Assembly: GCA_032718475.1 (NCBI GenBank)
Contig: JAUCBJ010008691.1
Span: forward strand, 48,252 to 112,251
Origin: Nemertoderma westbladi
Taxonomy: Eukaryota; Animalia; Xenacoelomorpha
Direction of reading: 5' to 3'
DNA length: 64,000 nucleotides
The notes below the pieces were generated by a model, which saw nothing but the letters and a program-made list of their open reading frames with translations, searched no databases and was not told the origin of the DNA. Shown one piece after another: positions 39,101 through 49,110 of the stretch. Every line of letters begins with the position of its first letter. Position 1 is the stretch's first letter. The position numbers and the translations under genes were made by a program.

Positions 39101-41971
39101 CCATAAGTCCACTTGATCTGATGAGATCGGCTCGTCCCACGTTAGTCCATCCTTCCATATACTGCGCATATAAATGCGGGCTTGCAGTATCACTGGACTG
39201 ATGAATCCTAACGGGTCGAACAATCGGCTCAACTTTGACAAGCATGATCTCTTGGTCAGTGTGTTTCCTTGACTGTCCAGTCTCACCTTCACTCGAAAGT
39301 TGTCTGTGTTTGGGTCCCAAAAGAGCCCCAACACCTTAGTCGTCGGTAGTGGTTCGAACTCTAGGTCTATGTCACCACCTCCACGCTCAGTAGTTCCGAA
39401 TGAGTCAACTAATTCGGCACTGTTTGAGGCGAATTTGGTGAGGTTAAAACCTCCGCCCGCCAAGCAGTCCCGTAATTGATGTGCTACTGTTGTAGCACGT
39501 TCTACTGTGTCGCAACTCTGTAATCCGTCATCAACGTAAAAGTCACGTTCTACAATTCTAATTATCTCTGGGTCATACAGATGTTTCTGATCTCTAGCGG
39601 CTTGCTTCAAGGCGTACATCGTACAATTTGGGCTGTCTCTGGCACCGAAAACGCGAACTTGCATTTGGTAAGTCGCTGGTGGTAGACTTAAGTCCCCTTC
39701 CGGATACCAGAGAAACCGCAAACTGTCTCTGTCTCGCTCTAACGCTTTCACTTGGTGAAACATCGCTTCAACGTCGCAAGTAAAGGCTACTTGACGCTGA
39801 CGGAAGCGCATAATCACCCCCATAAGATAATTATTCATGTTCGGTCCATCCATCAACTCACTATTGAGGGACATTCCCTCAAACAGAGCCGCACAGTCAT
39901 TGACTACGCGTACTTTATCTGGTTTGTCGGGATGTCTCACATAGTGATGTGGCAGGTAGTATGTCTGGTCGGTCACTCGCTCCGGGTTAGTCATTCGGAT
40001 AGCGTATCCCTTCGTCAAATACGTCTCCATCTGAGTGTTATACTGCAGATGGGCTTTCTCGTCCTTTAATAGACGTTGTCGGATTGAGTGTAGACGTCTT
40101 AAAGCCAGTGGGTAGTTATTTATAAGTTTAGGACTTTGGCTACGCCATAACATCCCCACCTCGTAATGTCCGTCCTCCGTCTGTCGGATAGTATCCTCCA
40201 TGATCTTTAGAGATTGTTTCTCCTGTTCCGACATACAAGGGTCGTAGCTACCAGGTTCAGCTGTATCTTGTTCTAACCACCTGATAGTCTTCTCCGTTAA
40301 TTCTTTGTCCAAGGCGGCTTGTTCCAACTGATGAATTTTCAACGCGTCATCGTCGATATCGATGGGCACTGTTGAAGTTATTGGGGTAGGTAGACTCGCA
40401 AGCCTATCATCTGTCGTCGATGGAATCTCTAGCTGATTCGTCTTCCCCCCAAGTTCTAAACTCACCTTGTGGGTTAGCTGCTCCTTGTGACTTATCATAC
40501 TAGTTACACGTCTGTCATGTTTTGTCGACTGTAGTGTAGTATGGTTCACGTCGTGTGAAAAGGAATGGATTGAATTTGTAGTTAATAAACTACATGTACT
40601 CTGTACATCGTCTTCCTCGTCACTTACGTCTAGTGTGCGCACAGGCGCTCGAGTATACCACCCTATCGGCGTTCTGCAGGCGTATGCGTTTCCTGCTACA
40701 ACTGCCGATGGTCTGGTTTCCCACACCTGGTGTAGGTTGAATTGGTCCGTCCCGATCAGCATTGCTACCGATCTATAATTGACAGGACATTCGGGTACAC
40801 CAAGGTGTCTGAAATACTTACGGTCCTCCAGAGATTGTTCCGGCACTGGACCTAGTAGGTTACTAAAGTCCTTCGTGGCCGCAAAGGTTAGATCTCTAAA
40901 GGGCAACAAAGACCTCTCCCTCTCGCTGTGTTGCGATTTTGGAAGAAGAGAGTCTAAGTCCAACTTAACTCGTGTCACTGGTATTGCACGCTGTCCGTGC
41001 ATACTACTTACTGTATAACTGACGTGCTTACCTTGTCTAAGATCTGTTACGACGTCAGCTATCTTTTCATCTACGTAACTGTGAGATGAGGCTGAGTCTA
41101 GAATCGCGTAAATCCTCTTACTCCCTTTTGTGCCAGTAACTTTAATCGGGATTACACTGAATCCCTTCAGTTGGTCAGTGGTCAGGAGCGCGATTGACGG
41201 TTGTTCGTCTCCATTTGAATATTCGTCGTCTTCTGATTCTTCGTCCGACGATCCGGATTGTTCTGAAAAGCAATCCTCTATATGGGTCACGAAAGTCGGA
41301 GTCGTTTTCGATTCTCGTTTTCGGTAAGCCGCATCACATCTCGCTGCTGCTTCCGGGTGTTCCCTGGCGAAGCGTTTCGTCGGCGTGTGGCTGTCTGTGT
41401 GGAGCAGACCGTCGTGGTTGCGTCCACAGGATGGACAAGTGTCGGTATTTGGGCAATCCTTACGGACGTGTCCGTGTCGCGTACACCGCCAACAAGAGTC
41501 CAGTGGCCGTATCTGCAGCCGTCGTTCTTCTGAGTTCAACTCGCGAAATTGTCGACAACCTCGTAACTTGTGACCAATATACCGCTTACCCAAATGTTCG
41601 CAGTATTGGCATCCGTTGAAGTCGGCGCTGAGTTGCTGTCTCGTCTGTTTCGTTCCAATGGGCGCAGATACTCTATTACCGTCTGAGAATTGTCGTGATT
41701 CCGTCGGTGTGGCGTAAGTGGCCGTCTTTGTGGATGTTGTCTGGGGTTTTTGTCGGTTGGAGGATGGCAGTGTGATCCCTTCTGCCACGATGTGCTGGTC
41801 GGTATAGTTAGATCGAGTTTCTACTACCGCCTCCCTGGATATTAAAAGGTACACATCTTCTAATTTTAGGAATCCTCCTCGCTCCTCTCGCTGGTATTCG
41901 ACCTTCCTCCACTCCCGACGAAGTCGATGGTGGAGTCGTCCTATTATCTTTAATAGGACTGTAGGGGTATT
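36146..41971 (-). CDS. pol: BEL/Pao Gag C-terminus (3 Zn knuckles) + Pol (PR, RT, RNase H, integrase)
   Basis: CWRCTRHGHVRKDC, CPSCGRNHDGLLH, AILDSAS, FYVDD, FSDAS, PRAELQAA, NPADIASR, HHCC, IDCFGP, SDQGTNF, GGVWERLI. Confidence 0.97.
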   Translation of the reverse strand, partial: NTPTVLLKIIGRLHHRLRREWRKVEYQREERGGFLKLEDVYLLISREAVVETRSNYTDQHIVAEGITLPSSNRQKPQTTSTKTATYATPTESRQFSDGNRVSAPIGTKQTRQQLSADFNGCQYCEHLGKRYIGHKLRGCRQFRELNSEERRLQIRPLDSCWRCTRHGHVRKDCPNTDTCPSCGRNHDGLLHTDSHTPTKRFAREHPEAAARCDAAYRKRESKTTPTFVTHIEDCFSEQSGSSDEESEDDEYSNGDEQPSIALLTTDQLKGFSVIPIKVTGTKGSKRIYAILDSASSHSYVDEKIADVVTDLRQGKHVSYTVSSMHGQRAIPVTRVKLDLDSLLPKSQHSERERSLLPFRDLTFAATKDFSNLLGPVPEQSLEDRKYFRHLGVPECPVNYRSVAMLIGTDQFNLHQVWETRPSAVVAGNAYACRTPIGWYTRAPVRTLDVSDEEDDVQSTCSLLTTNSIHSFSHDVNHTTLQSTKHDRRVTSMISHKEQLTHKVSLELGGKTNQLEIPSTTDDRLASLPTPITSTVPIDIDDDALKIHQLEQAALDKELTEKTIRWLEQDTAEPGSYDPCMSEQEKQSLKIMEDTIRQTEDGHYEVGMLWRSQSPKLINNYPLALRRLHSIRQRLLKDEKAHLQYNTQMETYLTKGYAIRMTNPERVTDQTYYLPHHYVRHPDKPDKVRVVNDCAALFEGMSLNSELMDGPNMNNYLMGVIMRFRQRQVAFTCDVEAMFHQVKALERDRDSLRFLWYPEGDLSLPPATYQMQVRVFGARDSPNCTMYALKQAARDQKHLYDPEIIRIVERDFYVDDGLQSCDTVERATTVAHQLRDCLAGGGFNLTKFASNSAELVDSFGTTERGGGDIDLEFEPLPTTKVLGLFWDPNTDNFRVKVRLDSQGNTLTKRSCLSKLSRLFDPLGFISPVILQARIYMRSIWKDGLTWDEPISSDQVDLWKTWEAELSSLEDYSIPRVYFPLQSTFPDNLELHCFSDASDNGFGVAAYLRRQVESDEFDVSLITSKAKTMPTKYMTTPRAELQAATLSTTIVNLIQTELQSSLQIFYWTDATLVLFYINNDTLEFKTFVANRRAEILDRSIKEDWRHCPGPQNPADIASRGMMPEEFCKPENKEFWQHGPQFLQKSTQDWPPLYDNKSNTIPKDAEIKKPKKGKTKKRTTAAKLKKKPKAKWKDITSKVKRGRLASLSTPDISPDGQPDISPDGQPDTLLDSQPDILPDISQNVPPDASNTLTNSKAAVSLLERPCIDKQPDTLPDVSPDTLLDSRLDTSNVLTNDKAAVSLLERPCIDKLPILTHLSNHKHGETSCITDVGSTYANVNTGVTLRSRDIPNLQPTVRPGINVGRKISLPKPADPIEFKPPLAIDLQSTDNQGKKTKKDKLLVDPDGSTVNKGILTGGPVGPSSNSKPSKFSIDLPDDVTNTHVDRIVNLTDSWSNACRKLAWIVRFVQYVKGKRDFTRRLTLTEIDRCEIKLIRHYQLRYFQREFTSISQGQPIKSSPILSWSPIIYNGLICHKSRLQNIDFNTNFRYPIIIPQHHELQRAMILDAHLHLKHAGRHHCLSYLRTRFVLIRPSKALSSVTRTCIICKKVHSRIGTQEMSELPQARLQAFRPPFTETGIDCFGPIHTKRGRILVKRWGLIFTCMSSRAVHIERVMDLSTNAFILALRRFIARRGLVKCLYSDQGTNFVGARNEIARAFKKLDHDQISNELQPHKIVWKFNPPDSPWRGGVWERLIRSIKTAMAKVIPVNHILTDDQLTTLFVEIEAILNTRPIVLVPDDKQSQFALTPAHLLMQAPTTLTPISIPMEGDSYGRKAWKITQLLANKFWEIWQNHYLPSISARTTWYNNTRALKPGDHVLLAEVNLKRRFWITGVILATHPSMDGVTRTVTVRTIDGRTVDRPTQRLVLLEETRNESGDYKSPPNTSK

Positions 41972-42274
41972 TGTACTGACATATATTTGGTGGCGGGAAA
42001 TTTAAAATAAAAAATATACTTCTACCCTTTTACTACTGTACTACTGATTGTGGAATGGGTTTTATTTTCTGCGTTACTGGTACCGGTACCTGATCATAAA
42101 TGTGTACTGACATATATTTGTCTGTGATCATATAATTATAAATATAATAACATTTGTTTTTATTAATTAACTAATTATATATTGATACACAATTACTATA
42201 TTATGTCGACCAGCGGCGAGGATTTATTGCTTGACTATGGAAATAACCCAACAGGTAGTGACGAATACGCTACA
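41972..42274. mobile_element. 303-bp solo LTR (TGTA...TACA, 4-bp TSD TATT; Gypsy-like) inserted in gag
   Basis: tatt|TGTACTG...GCTACA|tatt. Removing 307 nt restores the frame DYGNTPTVLLKIIGRL between the gag and pol ORFs. Confidence 0.9.
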
Positions 42275-45176
42275 TATTCCCGTAATCAAGTTGTCCAATT
42301 GATCTTAAGGTAGTGATAGCGTTCTTAATCTCGTCAGCCAGTTTTAGTAAGTCGACGGGTTTAGTGATAGCCCCTCCCTTACAGAGTTCTTCTATTACTG
42401 ACCTGGCCATACTCACTGTACCTCCGTATATCGAAGTCAAACGATCGTACGCTAGTTCGAAAGCGTCTGGTACACCGACGAAAGTCTCCGCCAAACGTTT
42501 AGGTTCTCCTGACAACGTTTGGAGCAGGTAATTGAACTTCTCCCGTGATGTAAAGGCGCACACGGCGATCTGGGATTCGATATAGTCTACGAAGGTATGC
42601 CAGTGTTTTGAGCTACCGGAAAACTTCGGTGGTTGTTGTACCGGCAATCCCTGTCTGGCTGCGAATTTCGCTATCTCCTCGGCAACGTTCAGAGTTTCGC
42701 GTCCTTGGTTGGTAACCTGGTTGATGTTCTCCCTTCTTGGCGCTTTTCCCTGATACGATGTGGGGTTTGAAGGTACCGGTCTTTGTGGTCCCTTCGGGTG
42801 TCTATTGTGTTCGAATTCGGTGTTCCTCGAACTATCGGTTTGAACTTCCTCCAGACGCTCCTCGATCTGAGCCAACTTGTTGACAACTGGTCGCAGAATG
42901 TCGGCGAACTGTTGTGTACTAATTGCGTCCGTTGGTTGTAACGCCTTCTGTGTTGGTGTATTCTGTGGAGGATTGTCTGCAAAGGAGTTGTCTGAACGCT
43001 CGCGTTTATATTCATCGGCCGCCCCTGTTCTAAATACCTCGCGTTTCGGGTAATCCGATTCGCTCGAAGTACTACTATCATCTGGATATGGTGGTCGACG
43101 TGCTCGCGTCCGTTGCGTCGTACGAATTCTAACGGTTCGTTTCGGAACATCGTCCACTGATCTCCGTTGTTCGGTAGGCTCACAAGTCTTCCTCGAAGTC
43201 GTAGATTGCGATGTAAACTGAACCGGTCGCGTCTCCACTGTTCTCCGTTGTTCGGTAGGCTCACAAGTCTTCCTCGAAGTCGTAGATTGCGATGTAAACT
43301 GAACCGGTCGCGTCTCCACTGTTCTCCGTTGTTCGGTAGGCTCACAAGTCTTCCTCGAAGTCGTAGATTGCGATGTAAATTGGTTGAACGGTGGGCGAAT
43401 GACAGCATTTGAATCCAAAGGCCTTGTTGGTCGAAACGTCATTGGGTAAGCGTAATGTGTAACGGGTTTTGGCGTCAAAGGTGGACTCACCTGTTTAGTC
43501 GTCAGTAGCGCAGGTCCGGTCAATAAACTACTACGATCTGTAATCGGTGGGTTACTTACCTTGACTCTCGGAATAGGCGACGACGTTGCTCTTGGCGGTA
43601 TAAACTCGTTCGGAATAACAAACCTGTGTTCCGGCGCACCATGGATAGGAGAAATATCACTACTACCCGCAACCGAAACAGGTTCCTTAGTCGTAACCGG
43701 TGCAAACATATGAGTTACCTGTGGGAATCGTTGACACACGTCTTTTACTAATTGTCGTTCCCGTCCGGGTGCTCCTACGCTTCCTTCCTTCTTTCGTTCC
43801 TGAATTTGGCGATGTCTTACCTCTAACTGGTCCAAATCATGTCCGTCACGAGATCTCATCGATCGATCGCGGGCCCTTTGATCCAGATCTTCCTCAGCGT
43901 TCGCTAATTCTCTTGCCTTCTTCTCAAGTTCGAAATGAAGTTTAGCTGTCTTCTCTCGTTGTTCCGTTTGTCGTTGTTGCGCCTCAAATTCTGCTTGTCG
44001 TATGGCGGATTGAGCTTTTATTTGCCGTGTTTTCATTTCGGCCCGTGCTTCCGAAACTAACCTGTCTCGTTCTAATTCCGCCGCTGCCGCTGCCGCTTGT
44101 CGCTCTGACTCGGCCGCTGCCGCTGCCGCTTGTCGCTCTGACTCGGCCGCTGCCGCTGCCGCTTGTCGTTCTACCTCGGCCGCTGCCGCTGCCGCTTGTC
44201 GGGCAATGTCTACTTCTAATCTTTCCACTTCAGCTGCTTCTAATTCAGCTTGTTCCTGTAGATGAGAGATTCTTGCTATATTCGCAACGCGTAGCTTCTC
44301 TTCCTCTACTGCTGCTTGCATCACTAGAAGTTGAGCTTGTTCTTCCATTTCTTGTCGTTGTCGGTGGAATTCTTGCTGTTGTCGAGCAACTTCTGACGTG
44401 ACTATACTTCCCTCGCAGATTTCGCTACGAATACTTACCAACGATTGGTCCAGTATTCCCGGTGCCGATTCAATTCGTACGGGTGAAGTTTCTTTCGTAT
44501 ATTCCGGCACGGTTTCCCAATCTCCGACGTCTTCGCCGCACATACGTAAGTGGTCCGTCAGGTGTTTTAATTGTCCATCCAGTCGGTACAGTTCCTGTTC
44601 TTCCTCGGGTTGTAATAATTCGTCCGAAACTGACTCACCTAACAACTGGTCCGCTTGTTCCTGTTGTATCTGTCTAATCGTCGACTTAAACTGAATCAGT
44701 TTCTCTCTAGTGATCATTAGTTTCTCTAGGATTCTAAGTTGAGTATCCATGTCCTGTCTCTGTCTAGCTAGATCTTGTAGGCCAACTAGATTATCTACGG
44801 ACTTATATACTTTACTCTGTACTCTAACCTGGAGGGTGTAGAACTCGAATCGAGACATCGGAGCGGTCAACCCGTCTAATATGCGTTGGCCTTCTCCAAT
44901 ACTCCTGGTAATATGCGCCATGTATCCACCGACGCTTCTAACCACACTTTCTGTGCTTCCTGCTGAACTTACCAATTCCGTTTCCCTATATCTAGGTTGC
45001 GGAACAGTTAGAAAGTCCTCGGTCCTGCCGTCGCCTCGTACTACGGCATCCGGTACTCCCGTTGGGTGTACTGGTGACGCACACTGTGTAGGTTCGGTAG
45101 GCTCGCGAGTCTTCCCCTGTGGTTCTTCCGCTGCTGACTTCGCTTTCGTCCTTCTGGGCTCCTCCCGGAGGCGCAC
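42275..45176 (-). CDS. gag: BEL/Pao Gag (long coiled-coil, AAAAAESERQ repeats, DUF1759-like capsid region); originally one ORF with pol; true start uncertain
   Basis: PPKFSGSSKHWHTF...REKFNYLLQTLSGEPK capsid motif; in frame with pol after solo-LTR removal (~2900 codons). Confidence 0.9.
43155..43380 (+). repeat. 81-bp tandem repeat x~3 within gag
   Basis: Encodes QFTSQSTTSRKTCEPTEQRR(TVETRPV) three times; each unit contains the dispersed hairpin motif. Confidence 0.9.
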
Positions 45177-48100
45177 CCACGAGGCGGACGTGTTTCCACC
45201 ACCCCTGGGGCCAGTCCGACAGATGTTATTATCAGACCGGGCCGGAGGGTGGCCTGATGCTTCCCGGGTTCTGTTTTCGGTCCCCCGATCACACCAGCAC
45301 AGCTCGTCGAACGTGTAGCCAGATGGGCGGCTACTGTCAACTTACTGTGGCCTGACTGTACATTGAGCCAACTCAAAGTATAACAAAGAGTCAACCGGCA
45401 GGTGGACCAGTCGATAGCGATCGAGCACCAAGGTCGCCCTTGGGCCTAACCGACGGTCTTGTCCCATGTGGGCTTGCGCTACCCAACATGGAATATTGAC
45501 ACGTTTTCACCTGCCTCGCCGGCAGTATTGAGGGGAAGTAAGTTCCACAAACAATACTGACTAGCTCGAAAGCTAGAAACAAGTAACCACTTACCCGTCC
45601 TGTACACGTGTACTCAACAGATGTTCACAATATCAAGTACACTACGGTAAACACAAAATCTGACACATACCATGCACACACAGAGGACATAATCGGGAAA
45701 GACTAAATCAAGAAAGACAAAATCGGAGGGGACAAAATTGTATCGACCATTACCAAGTCGAGAGTACCTTATTTTACCGACAGGGTAAAATAACTTATGT
45801 GTACAAAGCATGCTGGGGTGCAGTAAAGTATGGTCCTACTAATACCAGCGGCGTCTTGACCAACTGGCAAGGGTTCCCATACCCACTCGCAGTGGCCACA
45901 CATACAATCACGTGTACTCACGTACCCACAGCAACAGAAAACTCAAGACCCGACGGTTTATTCCAATGCCACCAAAGACCAAGTCAGCTGAACATGGAGA
46001 CAATAACATATAGTATCAAAAAAACGGAACAGCTGACGGTCAATGGAACCATCCAAGCCCCAAGCAAACTGCCACTGATCGCCCACATACAAAACATAGT
46101 CCACGCCACATGAGCCACAAATCACACCATGCCACCACCCCTACTGTGTACAGGACTGGCAGTACGGCAACAGGCCGACTAGACGGTACCACGGCACCAT
46201 GGCAATTCATGGTTCGTTAGACACGAGGGCCTTCAGTATCTCCCTTGCACTTATGTGACAATTTAACGTGCCCCCGGACCCTCACGAGTCCGCCGCCGCC
46301 TGCTGCGGACACCCCTATAGAGACCTCACCTCTTTAGGTATCCGCGTCACATGAGTCATAGTCGGTTTGTGTGTTCTTCGTATAGTCTTGTTTGTCACTC
46401 ATTTCGGTAGTTGTAAGTCAAGTAAAGTGAGTGTCAAAGTATCGAGTTTACCGTATTTATACAAAACGGTACTAATTACAGTCTTATAAAATTAGCCTAC
46501 CGGCCGATTTTATAGCAGATGGATAAAATTAGCCTAAACGGCCAATTTTACAGCAAATAAATGTCACGGAATAAGTATATAATAAAATTAGCCTAGCGGC
46601 CAATTTTATAACAAATAAATCGGATAACGATATGCGTTATCAAAAGGTAAATTAAATACAATAATACGGACTAATTCAGCAATGAACAAAGAAATCGTAC
46701 GGAATGCATAAATACTTGAGACAGTGGAACCCACAATAATTTTAACTAATACGGTAATGCCTAACTTATTTATGCAACTTTTCGAACTCACCCACGCCAA
46801 TAATTCTCCAGAAAAACAGATTCCCAGATACAAACCGAACGTGAACCTTTCCGTTTTTAACGTTGCGGACGAAACGCGATTTTCCCAACCAAAGTTGTTG
46901 AGTTATCTATCTCCCAAACTTGCTAAACACGGTCTTGCTCCCGTTACAGTCTAGAAATGAGTTCTGAATCCTGAAAAACAAAAGAGTTAGGTTTTACTTT
47001 ACGAAAATTTTGTACCGGTACAATATGGTATTTAAACCCCTTTTAAACACCGGTATTCAATTCCAAAAATATTTTACACGCGGTTCAAATCAAATTTTAT
47101 TTCAAAAAAATTAGCACTTAGCTAATCAAATATAAATTTTTACCTCAAAATACAAAATTTTCAAATAACTTTAGTCCTACCGAACCGTAGTTCAGTAAAA
47201 CACATTCCTACTAATTGAAGAGATACGCCTATTCCTACTATCGGAAGAGACGGTAACAATACCTGCAATATCCTACTGTAAAGTTTGTAAATCAAATCAT
47301 AAATCCGACCTTCTCACCAAAACAGTAAACCCTAAATAAACGAATATATTGCAGTATCGATCTCTTATAACCGGTGAGGCAGAAAACAGTCCACGAGCAG
47401 ACAAACTTCGATAAAACAAATCCCGCGCAGCGAATCCTAAAATCAGACTGACTCACTGACGGACTAAGGGGCTCGTATACTTTGCCGCGGTGTGATTTAT
47501 ATGGTTGGGCAAAGGGACGCTAGCTAGGTACAGAGGCAGATATTTGGAGATGTCTAACTAGCGGGCAAAGCACAGTACGGACTAAGTTAATTTTATATAT
47601 TTTGAGGTGTAAATAATTTCTAACGCGCGTGTGTTAATTCTGAACGGTCAAAAGCAGTTTTGCTCCTTCACATATATAATTACTGGGTACGGTGTGCATT
47701 TTACGAATATTCTAATTTGTAACTTGTAGGTCCAATACTCACGAATGGTAAGGTTCCTTCCCCTCTTGCGTATTTCCAGGACTCAAATTCAGGCATAAGG
47801 TTAATACTACGCCCAGAATTCGGCAATTTTAGGTACCAGGTCCCTGATACTAAGAAGAGATGTGTTAGTTTACTACTGTAGGCGTACGGGTACTAATAGC
47901 TATCCTGGCTCCTATCTAGAATTTTAGTCACCCAGGTAGTCCGGGTAACTTCCTATTAGGGCGTTGGCGGGGACACGGTAGATGTTAGTATATCCCTGAT
48001 AGCCTCAATTTATTTTGCGCCTAGCGTAAACTGCCCTACCGCCTGAACGGTACAATCCCCATTCAGGTGAAAACACAGCAACCCCCCTAGCCTACAAGTT

Positions 48101-48690
48101 CTGATGTAATGGACACCGTTGTACGGCAAATAGTCGCACACACACCTGTACTTAGCAAGAGTTAAGCGTACAGTTTGCTGCACCCTAACCAATGTGTATG
48201 CCTTGTACCGGTGTGCCTACGTCCTATCTGCGTACTAGTATCTGCTCTCTCTCCCTCCCCCCCGTAGGAATATGAAGGTCTACTGCGGTTTTCCCTGAAT
48301 CAAGACAGTACAGTCCCTATGATGTAATTTTGGGCTTACAGCGTGTCACTACGTCTACCTTTGATCTTTTGGTCTTACACTTAGGTAGCAAGGATCGAAC
48401 GCTGTCTAACCTTTCAGGCGATGGGCGAATAACACTAGATGGTATTGCGGGTTGTCTCTCGTCTACATTCCCGTGATGTTCCCGTTCATTGCTGCGGCCC
48501 GATCTCTAGCCGGCCATCCTGTCCCTGAGTTTGTTCACCGTAGTGAGACCATGGTAAAACAGATAGAAAAGCTGAGATGTGACTAGTATTTCTGACTTTT
48601 ATTACAAAAGATACAATTATAATACAATGTAATCTGAGAATAAATGAAATATAAGATTGAGTAGATTAGATAACTAATGAACGAATCGCA

Positions 48691-48845
48691 CCTTTATATA
48701 CTAAATTTGTGCTGCAATCAATCGAGAAAATTCTCGATTGTTCTATGGGTTCTAACAAGGTTTTAAAGATAGCTTATTGGTCCAGCTAATATATAACTTG
48801 CACGACATTGGTTACAATCAAATAACTACAGCCTTATTGGTACAG
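48691..48845 (-). promoter_or_regulatory. Putative LTR Pol II promoter: three CCAAT boxes then TATATAAAGG
   Basis: Three attgg sites at ~48776-48840. The 16-nt TATA block cctttatatactaaat is identical in the diverged left LTR (3449-3464). Confidence 0.65.
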
Positions 48846-48897
48846 ACAAATGCAATTAATTTGTAGCGGTTAATTTAAATGAGTTGAAATTCTGCAC

Positions 48898-48984
48898 AAA
48901 AAATAATTCGCACTTACTAGGATTCGAACTCGATACCTACTACACATATAATTTCCAACGCTCTACCAACTGAGCTACTGAACC
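48898..48984 (-). ncRNA. tRNA-like Pol III unit in U3 (5' LTR copy)
   Basis: Identical to 30699-30785. Confidence 0.7.
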
Positions 48985-49110
48985 ACTTGACCGATAGATA
49001 CACAATAGATAGAACCAATACTAATGAGAACTCAAAGCAATCTTTACAAAGTTAATTCGAATAAAATAAAATTTTGAAAATCCACGGCATTTAGGGAATA
49101 TAATTCTATA

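Larger units (their letters stand above)
29012..49110 (-). mobile_element. Full-length ~20.1-kb BEL/Pao LTR retrotransposon with extra ORF3
   Basis: Direct repeats 29012-30911 and 47212-49110; TSD AATCT at 29007-29011 and 49111-49115; gag-PR-RT-RH-IN order; PPT-like ATGGAGCGG before the 3' LTR. Confidence 0.97.
47212..49110 (-). repeat. 5' LTR (1899 bp)
   Basis: Near-identical to 29012-30911; followed by TSD AATCT. Confidence 0.95.

Noticed and set aside
33129-45355. Many short antisense or alternate-frame ORFs over gag, pol and ORF3
   Set aside because: Shadow ORFs of long coding frames, with no recognisable motifs.
48264-48274. Tf1-like self-priming: LTR 11-mer complementary to the post-LTR GTAGGAATGTG
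   Set aside because: It lies ~400 nt downstream of the predicted start site rather than at the RNA 5' end, and no equivalent was found in the sister LTR; may be chance.
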